Of a stretch of DNA of 64,000 bases, positions 51,436-63,400 are shown in pieces. Source of the DNA: Azolla caroliniana (Eukaryota > Plantae > Polypodiophyta); the NCBI GenBank assembly GCA_043228905.1, contig JBHGNT010000009.1, positions 14,508,001 through 14,572,000 on the forward strand, written 5' to 3'. Below the pieces are notes generated by a model. It did not search any database. It was not told the DNA's origin and worked only from the letters and a program-made list of their open reading frames with translations. The position numbers were made by a program, and so were the translations under genes. The first letter of the stretch is position 1. Each line of letters begins with the position of its first letter.

Positions 51436-54400
51436 AGTCGGTGTTAAGCACGCTCCCTCTCTTTCTCTCTCTCCCTTCGGTTGCTTCCAGTGTGCTTCTG
51501 GGATGCCCCGGAAACGGTGAACTACGACTTCCTACGCTCCGTCGCTCCCTAGTCCAAGACCCCCATGGTCCCGCCTTTCTCCACGCACGCGCGTAATAAC
51601 ACAACATCTTTGTTGAACCCGACGTGAAAGGCGGCAAGGGATGATGAAGTCGGAAGACGACGACCTTGCGGAGATGGTGGCCGAAGTGGTGTTGGAGTCG
51701 GCACGAGTGGTGATGAGGCGAGAAGCAGCGCAACAAGCGGTTGAGCGAGTGGTCGAAAGAGTCGGCCGTTTCAACGGGGACAAAGTCCCATCTTACTTGG
51801 AAGCCTACAATGCGGAAATGGAGGAGCGTGGCGTAGACGAGGCGTTGAGGCTGGAGTTCTTATGTTGGGTCGTAGTTGTCCGGATGCATGCGGAAGTAAA
51901 GGAGCTCCGTAAGGCTCATAGTTCGTGGGAGACCTTCGAAGAGGCGCTACTGAAGGCATACGGAGGACGGCGGAAGAGCCGGGGACGGCACGACTTCGAC
52001 CAGTGGGTAGCATCGGCAAAAACCCACCAGGGCGCGACGAAGGCGTTCCGAGAGTTCGAGCGACGGCTTGCTCGGCTCCCGGAGCGGGGACAAGGTTTGG
52101 TGGGGGCGGACAAGGTCCTATTGTTCGTCAGGTCGATCGACCGAGCAGAATAGGAGGCCATCGAGATTGAGCTCGAAGACGATGACGGAGCGAATGGGCT
52201 TACGAAGGACTGGTCGAAGGTCAGAAGGGTGTGCCAACGGCTAGACAAAGAGCGAGCCGAGAAGGCTAAAAGGAAGGGACGCGACGGCGTGCCATCACAG
52301 CGGGAAGAGGCCGAACGGCAGAGAGAGTCGGCAAGGGTCGGCGTTGGGGCCAGGATTGCGGAGGCGTACGCAGCCCTCAAGGCGATGCTCGATGAGGAGG
52401 AAAGACGGGGGCCGCAAGCCGAGACTGAGAAGACGGACTTGCCCCACGCGACGGCAGAAGATCGGTACCACGGTACCACGGGAGAGGGTGCGGAACGAAA
52501 CGCCCTCTCGACTTGCGGAGATAGAATGGCCAAGGACGAGGCCAAGATACAGATTGCGGAACCGGAACGTTGGGACCAGCGGTTTCGGGCGTGTCAGCCC
52601 GAGATCTCGGTCATTGGAGAAGCAAGCCTAGACGGGGCTTGCGCGATCGGTAAGAAGACGACCGCCGACCACGAAGAGCCGGTGGCTACGGACAAGGGCG
52701 TAAAACGGACGGGCGATTCTTTGTGTCTTCCCACACTTGGTCCCGAGACGATGGCAGTTGGGCCCGAGTGCCCACGTGAGTCCCAAGCGGAGGAAGGCGG
52801 CGGCGATAGACCAAGAATCACCGGCGAGACGATACGGGGAAGGAACGGACGAAAGCCCATGGAGCCAATTCCGGAGAACTCGACAATCAGGCCCGTATGC
52901 CCATGTAAGACCGAGGAGATGGATGGCAGTACCGAGGAGTCCTGGCACGATGGCAGCGAAGACGGATGGGAAACGGCCTGCGAGGAGGCCGAGGACGGAC
53001 GCAGCACGATAAGATCGGCATTCCGGTACGGGTGGAGCGTAATCCGGTCGTGGATCGTTCGATCGGAGCCGGATTCGGCATGAAAGTGCCGATACGGAAG
53101 GGGGTGTGGGACGAGCCGCCCTCTTTTACATGGGGAGAAAGACCAACCAGGCGAAGGTCGAGATTTGGAAAGAGAATGAAAGCCGGTCCTATGGGATTCC
53201 TTACACTGATCTGGCTGCAGTTCCGGCGTGAGTCCTATAAGAGAGATCGGTGGCGACAGGAGAACGGGACTCAGCAATCCGGAGAAGGACGAACGGACCC
53301 GGACAAGAACCGGGCGGAACGGACTCCCGGATGACCATTCCAGGAGGGAGGAAGAGAGCAAGGCCTACGAAGAGGCCGAGGAGACGGTACGTCGGTACCA
53401 CGGGAGAGGGTGCAGAGTAAACCGCCCTCTCGGCATGCGGAAAAGGACGACCCGGGACAGGGTCAGAAAATACGGAAGCGAGGTCTACGGAGGATCCTTC
53501 ACACCGGTTCTAGAGACTTCGGCAGTCGGCAACGCGGTCGACGTAAGACCAAGATACTGACGGTGGCGACGAGGTGACGAAGGCAAGGGCTACGGATGGG
53601 CGGTCTACAGAGGATCCTTCACACCGGTTCTAGAGACTTCGGCAGTCGGCAACGCGGTCGACGTAAGACCAAGATACTGACGGTGGCGGCGAGGTGACGA
53701 AGGCTATGGGCGTAAGGAAGTCCGGTCCTACGGGATCCCCACACTTAACCAGAGACTCCGGTAGCTCGGCCAACGTGGCAACGTGAGACCGAGAGAGAAG
53801 GTTGGTGGCGGCGGGAAACGGGACCCGACTACACGGAAGACACAAGGAGAGTCCGGGAGGGACTCAAACAAACGACACCCGAATTTCGGCCAGCATAGAA
53901 ACGGAGTCCGGTCCTATGGGACCCTCACACCGATCCGAAGACTCCGGCAGTTCGGCCAACGTGGCAACGTGAGACCGAGAGAGAAGGTTGGTGGCGGCAG
54001 GGAACGGGACCTGACGACTCGAGGTTTCGGAAGGAGCCAGTAGGGGCAAACACAGAAAGGTGTGTCAGGCCAGAAAGGCACACCTTGGACAGAATAAGAG
54101 TCTCGCAAGTGGCCATCGCGGGCCGGATCAAAGCGTGACTACGGGACAATGTTCGGCACGGGCGGTGCCGAACAAAGGAAACGGAAGACGGCACAAGAGA
54201 GGTGCCGGGAACGAGGTGACAAGTGCCTAGTGGACTGCACAGGGTCAGAGCCAGGGGATGGCAAGAGAGGCTGGAGGAGGATCCTCCACACTCGCTTCGT
54301 AGATCTCGGTAGCTCCGTTGAAGTAGCGAAGATTGACACGGCAAGCCCGGGGTGACAAGCTGGTGGGGGCAAGGGGACGACGGCAAGCGGAAGACTAAGG

Positions 54401-55400
54401 ACCTATCGCGGCAGCACGAAGACGGGAAGGGCCAAGCGGGCTATTACGTGGTGTTCCTCGGATGCAAAGGACGCCGGTATGCGGGTGAACGACGATGCAC
54501 GATCTGGCCAAAAAGGGGGCCGACAAGGTGTGCAATAAACCGGAGTGCGACATAGGCGGTGCCAAACAACGGGCGAGGGTACATGGCACACGGAGGTGCC
54601 GGAGCGGAAAGGCGAGCGCGGAGATAGGTTGCGCGGTTCGGGGGTATCGCGGAGAAGACTGGAAAGGGATCCCCACACCGTTCCGGAGACCATGGCGGTT
54701 CGAGCCGACGCGGCGATGTAAGCCCATGGAGAAGGAAGGTGGCGGCGAGAGGACGAGGGCAACGCAAAACAACAATGGGACGGCAATCAGGACGACGCGA
54801 ATGATCAACGGAGGCCAAGCGGGCCGCTACGGGCGTTCCTCAAACGGAGGACATCGGGCATACGGCGGGAAGCGGGGAGTTCATACGGCCGAACAAGGGC
54901 CAACGGAAGTACGCGTACTATGGAGATCGCGGCAGAGAACCCATCGACGGGTCAGACGAGCCTACGGGGAGGTGAGCGCGAAGGAAGAATCGAAGCCGAC
55001 GGATCAAACCGGCAGCGAGCCGAGATGCGGATCACGGAAGACCGGTTTCTCGCCGGCCGAAATCTCTCACCCTTCAACCAGATTTGGCACGTACCGGTGG
55101 ACGTGCAGTTAGGTGGGGGCGGATGTCGTGAAGAATTTCGGCCAGAGGCGGAAACCGGGAAACATTGGCTACATCGGCGGGGTGCAGCGTGTGTATGCAC
55201 CCATGTACATTTAGTGTGAATATCGAGGGCGCCTTTATGGCGCCGAAGAGTAGTCAAGTCGGGACATACGATCCCATGTAAGTCGGGATTTATCCCACAT
55301 TGTAACGCATCTCTCTCCTTGTTCTATAAAAGGAAGGGAACGCCCTTTGTGAAAGGGTTGCCCATTTTGCATTAGAGGGTATACCGTTAGGTTTAGAGTT

Positions 55401-55431
<31 letters not shown>

Positions 55432-55916
55432 TCTTCTCCCCCTTCGTGTTCGCTTAGGGTTTGCTTCAGCTCATCTCCTACGCAAGACCCCGCTCGGCGC
55501 GACGAGCCCTTGAGCTCCCCGACGGCGGCTTGGCAGCAGACGACTACTGTAACCTACCTCAGTCCGGCTCGACGTCGGGAATGTATTCTTCCCTATATAT
55601 ATATATATATACGTTTGCCTGTGTATATTCGCGTCGTTGTTGGCCTCGGGTGCTTACCCTTTCCTGCGTTTTCTGTGCATAAGGCGTGAGTCGTGTTGGG
55701 CTGTGTGTGCGTGCGTGCGTGCGTGTGTGTGTGTGTGTGTGCGTGAGTCGGTGTTAAGCACGCTCCCTCTCTTTCTCTCTCTCCCTTCGGTTGCTTCCGG
55801 TGTGCTTCTGGGATGCCCCGGAAACGGTGAACTGCGACTTCCTACGCTCCGTCGCTCCCTAGTCCAAGACCCCCGTGGTCCCCCCTTTCTCCACGCACGC
55901 GCGTAATAACGCGACA
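50802..55916 (+). mobile_element. Non-autonomous gag-only LTR retrotransposon, copy 1 (LTRs 50802-51606 and 55124-55916)
   Basis: 4-bp TSD GCGG; tRNA-Trp PBS at 51611-51627 (one mismatch); gag-like frame 51641-53083 with one internal TAG; no PR/RT/INT motifs; PPT TTAGGTGGGGGCGGA. Confidence 0.93.
52728..54750 (+). repeat. Array of ~9 dispersed ~80-90-nt hairpin modules separated by mostly unrelated spacers
   Basis: Modules start near 52728, 52864, 53193 (internally deleted), 53492, 53612, 53733, 53918, 54279 and 54667. Shared pattern CAC..GAGAC..GGCRGT..ACRTRAGW..GGTGGC. Confidence 0.75.
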
Positions 55917-56007
55917 GCGGTCAAGTGGATACTTCGGTATCTGAAAGGCACCCCGACTATGTGGCTCTGGTTCGGCTCCGGTAATCCCCAACTTGACGGA
56001 TTCACGG

Positions 56008-57395
56008 TGTCGTGATGTTGCACGTCTTGTGGGAGAAAATGTGAAAAAGTGTGGTTCCATGCACATTACACAAATACTTGTAAAAATGAAAATAAATCAA
56101 TAATAAATAATCCTAGAGCCTAATGGCATTCATTGAGTGTGTACAGACGAGTGCAAGTAAGATTTGAACCTTGCACTTCCAAGATAGGAGGCAATTAGCT
56201 TACCACTAAAGCTACTACTAAATGCTTTAGATTTTGTATATTTCCTTCCCATATTCAATATTCCATAGGAAACAAACGTACAAAATTGTGTGCACAAAAC
56301 CATGGTTTTATGCATGTCATAAGCAAAACTGTGTGCACAAAACCACGGTTTTAGCCCATGGTTTTGTGCATGTCACAAGCATGCACAGACTATAAAAGCC
56401 TCTAGTTGGGCTTGTGTAAGGGGGGCTCAATATGTGATATCACCAACACCACTAACATCAATATTTAATTAGATTCGTCTTTATCTTCTTGATATTTTTC
56501 TACTTCTCAAGTGAATAAATTCCATCCAATCTTACATTGATCGTCATCTCTTCGATAATTCCGCGAACTTCCGCCCCAGTCCAAGACCTCGGTGGTCGCT
56601 CGAGTAGCACACGTATGCGCAAATCTTCGCGACATCACTTGGTGAACCCGGCGTGAAGAAGCGGTAGGAAGGATCAAGACGAGGATCGACCAATACTTGG
56701 AGATCGTGTCCTCAACCAATCAAGCGGGAGAGTTTGAAAGGATGATGCTAATCGTCAAACAAATGATGAGATCTCGGAACAACGATGCGACCATAGAGAA
56801 GGTTGTTGACTGTGTTGTGGAGCTCAAGGGTCAATTTGAAGGAAGGAACATTACAAAGTTCCTTGATGCATACAGAAGGGAGATGAATCAGAGGGATGTG
56901 TGTGAAACACGTCAAATCTCGAGTTTCAAGCGAGTTGCCGCCAACAATGTCCAAAGACGGGTCATCAAGCTTCAAGAAAGGAAGACAACGTGGTCAGAGT
57001 TTGAAAGAGCAATATTAGCGGAGTTTGTGATGGAAGACTTGTTGAGGATGACTCGACATGTCTTGATGAAGTGGATAGAAAAGAAAAATAAGAAGATGAG
57101 CGCCTCGAGGGTATACGATGAGTTCGACCAGATGTTTAGTCGTCTCCCCACCACGGACCAAGTGTTGCTTGAGGAGGACAGGACTTTGTACTTCCTCAAA
57201 GCCGTGGATATGAAGAATAGATGAGAATTGGGAACTCTCCTCGAAGATGATACCCAAGTGAACGGTGTCGCGTTGTTACGCGCGTGCATGGAGAAAGGCG
57301 GGACCACGGGGTTCATGGACTAGAGAGTGATGGAGCGTAGGAAGTCGTGCTTCACTGTTTCTAGGGCATCCTAGAAACACACCGGAAGCAACTGA

Positions 57396-57443
<48 letters not shown>

Positions 57444-60400
57444 TGCTTAACACCGACTCACGCACACGCACACGCACACGCACATAACCCGACTCACGCC
57501 TTATGTACAGAAAACGCAGGAAAGGGTAAGCACCCGACGCCAACAACGACGCGAATATACACAGACAAACGTGTATATATATATATATGAAGGGAAGAAT
57601 ACATTCCCGGCGTCGAGCCGGACTGACGTAGGTTACAGTAGTCGTCCACTGTCAAGCCACCGTCAGGGAGCTCTCAACTCGTCGCGCCAAGCGGGGTCTT
57701 GCACAGGAGGCCGAACCAAGAAAACCCTAAGCGAAACATGCAGAAGGAGAAGAAGAAGAACCTAACTCTAAACCTAACGGTATACCCTCTAATGCAAAAT
57801 GGGCAACCCTTTCACAAAGGGCGTTCCCTTCCTTTTATAGAACAAGGAAAGAGATGCGTTACAATGTAGGACAAATCCCGACTTACATGGGATCGTCTGT
57901 CCCGACTTGACTACTCTTCGGCGCCATAAAGGCGCCCTCGATATTCACACTAAATGTACACGGGTGCGTACACACGCTACACCCCGCCGATGTAGCCAAT
58001 GTTCCCTGGTTTCCGCCTCTGGCCGAAATTCTTCACGACATCCGCCCCCACTTAACTGCACGTCCACCGGTACGTGCCAAATCCGGTTGAAGGGTGAGAG
58101 ATTTCGGCCGGTGAGAAACCGGTCTTCCGTGATCCGCATCCCGGCTCGCTCCCGGTTCGACCCGTCGGCTTCGATTCTTCCTTCACGCTCGCCTCCCCGT
58201 AGGTTCGTTTGACCCGTCGATGGGTCCTCTGCCGCGATCTCCGTAGTACTCGTACTTCCGTTGGCCCTTGTTCGGCCGTATGAACGCCCCGCTTCCCGCC
58301 GTATGACCGATGTCCTCCGTTTGAGGAACGCCCGTAGCGGCCCGCTTGGCCTTCGTTGATCATTAGCGTCGTTCTGATTGTCGTCCCATGTCGTTTCGCG
58401 TTGCCCTCGTCCTTTCGCCGCCACCTTCCTTCTCCATGGTCTTACATCGCCGCATCGGCTCGAACTGCCATGGTCTCCGGAATAGTGTGGAGGATCCCTT
58501 CCCGGCCTTCTCTGCGCATGCCTTCCCGCTCCGGCACCTCCATTTCTATGCTACATACCCTCGTCCGTTGTTTGGCACCGCCTGTGCCGTACTCCGGTTC
58601 ATTGCACGCCTCGTCGACCCCTTTCCCGGCCTGATCGTGCATCACTGCTCACCCGCATACCGGTAGTAGCCCGCTTGGCCCTTCCCGTCTTCGTGTTGTT
58701 GCAACAGGTCCTGAGTCTTTCGTTTGTCGTCGTCCCCTCGGCCCCACCTACTTGTCATCCCGGCTTGTCGTGTCAGTCTTCGCTACTTCGACGGAGCTAC
58801 CGAGATCTACGAAGCGAGTGTGGAGGATCCTCCTCCGGCCTCTCTTGCCATCTCCTGACTCCGACCCTGTGCAGTCCACTAGGCACTTGTCACCTCGTTA
58901 CCGGCACCTCCCTTGTGCCGTCTTCCGCTTCCTTCGTTCGGCCCGCCCGCGTCGAACACCGTCCCGTAGTCACGCTTCAATCCAGCCCGCGATGGCCACT
59001 TGCGAGACTCTTATTCCGTCCCAGGTGTGCCTTTCCGGCCCGACACACCTCCCCGTGTTTGCCCCTACCGGCTCCTTCCGAAACCTCGTGTTGTCGGGTC
59101 CCGTTCCCTGCCGCCACCGTCCTTCTCCCTCGGTCCCACGTTGCCACGTTGGCCGAACTGCCGGGGTCTCCGGATCGGTGTGAGGGTCCCATAGGACCGG
59201 ACTCCGCGTCTATGCTTGCCGAAATTCGGGTGTCTTTTGTTTGAGTCCCTCTCAGACTCTCCTCGTGTCTTCTGCGTAGTCGGGTCCTGTTTCCCGCCGC
59301 CACCAACCTTCTCCCTCGGTCTTACGTTGCCACGTTGGCTAAACTACCGGAGTCTCCAGTTAAGTGTGGGGATCCCGTAGGACCGGACTTCCTTACGCCC
59401 ATTGCCTTCGTCACCTCGCCGCCACCGTCAGTATCTTGGTCTTACGTCGACCGCGTTGCTGACTGCCGAAGTCTCTAGAACCGGTGTGAAGGATCCTCCG
59501 CCGACCGCCAATCCATACCCCCTTTGCCTTCGTCACCTCGCCGCCACCGTCAGTATCTTGGTCTTACGTCGACCGCGTTGCCGACTGCCGAAGTCTCTAG
59601 AACCGGTGTGAAGGATCCTCCTTGGGCGTTCATCGCCTTCTTGACCCTGTCCTGGGTCGTCCTTTTTCGCATGCCGAGAGGGCATTTTGTTTCGCACCCT
59701 CTCCCGTGGTACCGACGTACCGTCTCCTCGGCCTCTTCGTAGGCCTACTCTCTTCCTCCCTCCCGGAATGGTCATCCGGGAGTCCGCTCCACCCAGTTCT
59801 CGTCCGGGTCCGTTCGTCCTTCTCCGGATTGCCGAGTCCCGTTCTCCTGTCGCCACCGATCTCTCTTATATGACTCATGTTGCCACGTCGGCCGAACTGC
59901 AACCGGATCGGTGTAAGGAATCCCATAGGACCGGCTTTCATTCTCTTTCCTTCTCTCGACCTTCGCCTGGTCGGTCTTTCTCCCCATGTAAAAGAGGGCG
60001 GCTCGTCCCGCACCCTCTCCCGTATCGGCACCTTCATGCCGAATCCGGCCCCGATCGAACGATCCACGACCAGATTCTGCTCCATACGAATCAGAATGCC
60101 GATCTTCTCGTGCCAATTCCGTCCTCGGCCTCCTCGCAGGCCGTTTCCCATCCTTCTTCGCTGGCATCGTGCCAGGACTCCTCGGTACCGCCATCCATCT
60201 CCTCGATCTTACATGGGCATACGGTCCCGAATGCCGAGTTCTTCGGAATTGGGTCCGTGGGCTTTCGTCCGCTCCTTTCCCGTATCATCTCGCCGGTGAT
60301 TCTTGGCCTTTCTCCGCCGCCTTCCTCCGCATGGGACTCACGTGGGCATTCGGGCCCGACTGCCATCGTCTCGGGAGTAAGTGTGGCAAGACACAAAGAA

Positions 60401-63400
60401 TCGCCCGTCCGTTTTACGCCCTTGTCTGTAGCCACCAACTCTTCGTGGTCGGCAGTCGTCTTCTTACCGATCGCGCAAGCCCCGTCTGGGCTTGCTTCTC
60501 CAATGACCGGGATCGCGGGCTGACACGCCCGAAACCGCCGGTCCCAACATTCTGGTTCCGTGATCTATATCTCGGCCTCGTCCTTGGCCGTTCTATCTCC
60601 ACAAGTCGAGAGGGCGTTTCGTTCCGCACCTTCTCCCGTGGTACCGTGGTACCGATCTTCCGCTGTCGCATGGGGCAAGTCGGTCTTCTCAGTCTCGGCT
60701 TGCGGCCTCTGTCTTTCCTCTTCCTCAAGCATCGCCTCGAGAGCTGCGTACGCCTCCGCAATCCTGGCCCCTACGCCGACCCTTGCCGACTCTCTCTGTC
60801 GTTCGGCCTCTTCCTGCTGTGATGGCACGCCGTCGCGTACCTTCCTCTTCTTAGCCTTCTCGGCTCGCTCGTTGTCTAGCCGTTGGCACACCCTTCCGAC
60901 CTTCGACCAGTCCTCCGTAAGCCCATTCGCTCCATCATCGTCTTCGAGCTCAATCCCGATGGCTTCCCGTTCCGCTCGGTCGATTGACCTGACGAACAAT
61001 AGGACCTTGTCCGCCCCCACCAAACCTTGTTCCCGCTCCGGGAGCCGAGCAAGCCGTCGCTCGAACTCTCGGAACGCCTTCGTCACGCCCCGGTGGGTCT
61101 TTGCCGATGCTACCCACTGGTCGAAGTCGTGCTGTCCCCGGCTCTTCCGCCGTCCTCCGTATGCCTTCAGCAGCGCCTCTTCGAAGGCCCCCCACGAACT
61201 ATGAGCCTCACGGAGCTCCTTTACTTCCGCATGCATCCGGACAGCCACGACCCGACAGAAGAACTCCAGCCTCAACGCCTCGTCTACGCTACGCTCCTCC
61301 ATTTCCGCGTTGTAGGCCTCCAAATAAGATGGGACTTTGTCCCCGTTGAAACGGCCGACTCTTTCGACCACTCGCTCAACTGCTTGTTGCGCTACTTCTC
61401 GCCTCATCACCACTCGTGCCGACTCCAACACCACTTCGGCCACCATCTCCGCAAGGTCGTCGTCTTCCGACTCCATCCTCCCTTGCCGCCTTTCACGTCG
61501 GGTTCACCAAATATGTCGCGTTGTTACGCGCGTGCGTGGAGAAAGGCGGGACCACGGGGGTCATGGACTAGAGAGTGATGGAGCATAGGAAGTCGTGCTT
61601 CACTGTTTCTGGGGCATCCCAGAGACACACAGGAAGCAACCGAAGGGAGAGAGAGGGAGAGAGAGAGAGAGAGCATGCTTAACACCGACTCACGCACACG
61701 CACACGCACACGCACACACGCACAACCCGACTCACGCCTTATGTACAGAAAACGCAGGAAAGGGTAAGCACCCGACGCTAACAACGACGCGAATATACAC
61801 AGACAAACGTATATATATATATATATATGAAGGGAAGAATACATTCCCGGCGTCGAGCCGGACTGATGTAGGTTACAGTAGTTGTATGTTGTCAAGCCGC
61901 CATCGGGGAGCTCTCAGCTCGTCGCACCGAGCGGGGTCTTGCACAGGAGGCCGAACCAAGCAAACCCTAAGCGAAACACGCAGAAGGAGAAGAAGAAGAA
62001 CCTAACTCTAAACCTAACGGTATACCCTCTAATGCAAAATGGGCAACCCTTTCACAAAGGGCGTTCCCTTCCTTTTATAGAACAAGGAGAGGGATGCGTT
62101 ACAATGTGGGATAAATCCCGACTTACATGGGATCGTATGTCCCGACTTGACTACTCTTCGGCGCCATAAAGGCGCCCTCGATATTCACACTAAATGTACA
62201 TGGGTGCGTACACACGTTGCACCCTGCCGATGTAGCCAATGTTCCCCGGTTTCCGCCTCTGGCCGAAATTCTTCACGACAACGGGCTTGTGGCAAATTGG
62301 GCTGCGATGAAGAGAGCGTGCAACAAGATCGATAGGCATCATCAATGGCTTGAAGATATTGACTTGGTAAGGTCAAACATAGAAAAAACAAGACCATCTA
62401 AAGAATTCTAGTTGCCTAAACAAAGCAACCTACATGAAAAGAAGATTGATGATGACTCGAGGACGGAGAAGGCGCTTTCGAGGGAGGATGAATGTTTCGG
62501 AACATGTGTTGTGTTTGAAACATCGGATGATGAAGGAGCAAGCTTAATCGAAGCTTGCATCAATGGAGATAAAGAGTGTGAGGCTAGCGTAATTGAGGAT
62601 CTAGCCACTAAAGACGACATCAAGGAGGTGACTATGAACAAGACAACAAGCGTCGAGAACGACCATGGCCAGATTTTCTCCGCACTTGTTCCAGAGACTT
62701 GGGCAATTGCGTCCAAGAACCAACATTAGACCCAAGTGACGGAAGGTGTCGGTGAGGAGCCGAAGGTCAAAATGAATACATGCGACGAAGAGGGAAGCAT
62801 AATCGAGGCTTGCTCGATCAAGAGGGTTAATGGGTACAAGGCCCATGAGTCTATAGAGGTAGCCAAGAAAGAAAACATCGAGTCGGAGGTGGCTCTGAAC
62901 AAGTCAATGGAGAAAGGTCGTGTCGAGACTTTCCCACCACTAATTCTAGATACTTCGGCGGTTGCGTTCGAAAGGCAACGTGAGACCGAAGAGACGGAAG
63001 CTGGCAGAGAGAAAAGAAAGGTCAAAGTCAATGCATACGATGAAGAGATAGCCGAGAAGGTGCCTATGGGCGAAACAACAGAGGACGGTAATACCAACGA
63101 TTCTTGCCCACTAATTCTAGAGACTTCGACGGTTGTGTCCGAGAACCAACATGAGATCGAAGAGACGGGAGGTGGCAACAAGGAATGTAGAGCCGGAAGT
63201 GAGTTCACACGGAAGATGATCCGACCGGAATTCCGGCCTACACAAAAGCCAAACCAAGTGGAAGTGGATTCGGCCGAAATCTAATTGGTCGAGCCTGACC
63301 CGGATGGAAATCATTCCAGTCGGAAGCCGATCAGACGAGACCGATCCGGAAAGAAGCTAATCTGACTCAATCGGAGGTCGAATCAATCGAGGCCGGTGAA

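Larger units (their letters stand above)
35054..56007 (+). mobile_element. Ty1/copia (Tnt1/Tork-like) host element split by nested insertions: LTR 35054-~35637, PBS, gag/PR to 36931, INT/RT 49205-50801, RT end 55917-56007
   Basis: TGGTATCAAAGC PBS at 35642; KLTGSNYSVWK; CFYCRRQGH; WVVDSGASFH. TAGELWHKRL is rejoined across 36931/49205; ELVHTDVC; DNGGEY; LLLYVDDML. HWNAVKWILRYLKG is rejoined across 50801/55917. Confidence 0.9.

Noticed and set aside
52728-54750. CRISPR array, integron attC array or hammerhead retrozyme interpretation of the repeat-spacer pattern
   Set aside because: Eukaryotic retroelement context, long degenerate repeats, irregular spacers, no cas or tyrosine recombinase gene, and no CTGANGA/GAAA hammerhead core seen in the modules.
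61493-61509. tRNA-Trp gene
   Set aside because: Only the 3' 17-18 nt match, next to an LTR; it is a primer-binding site.
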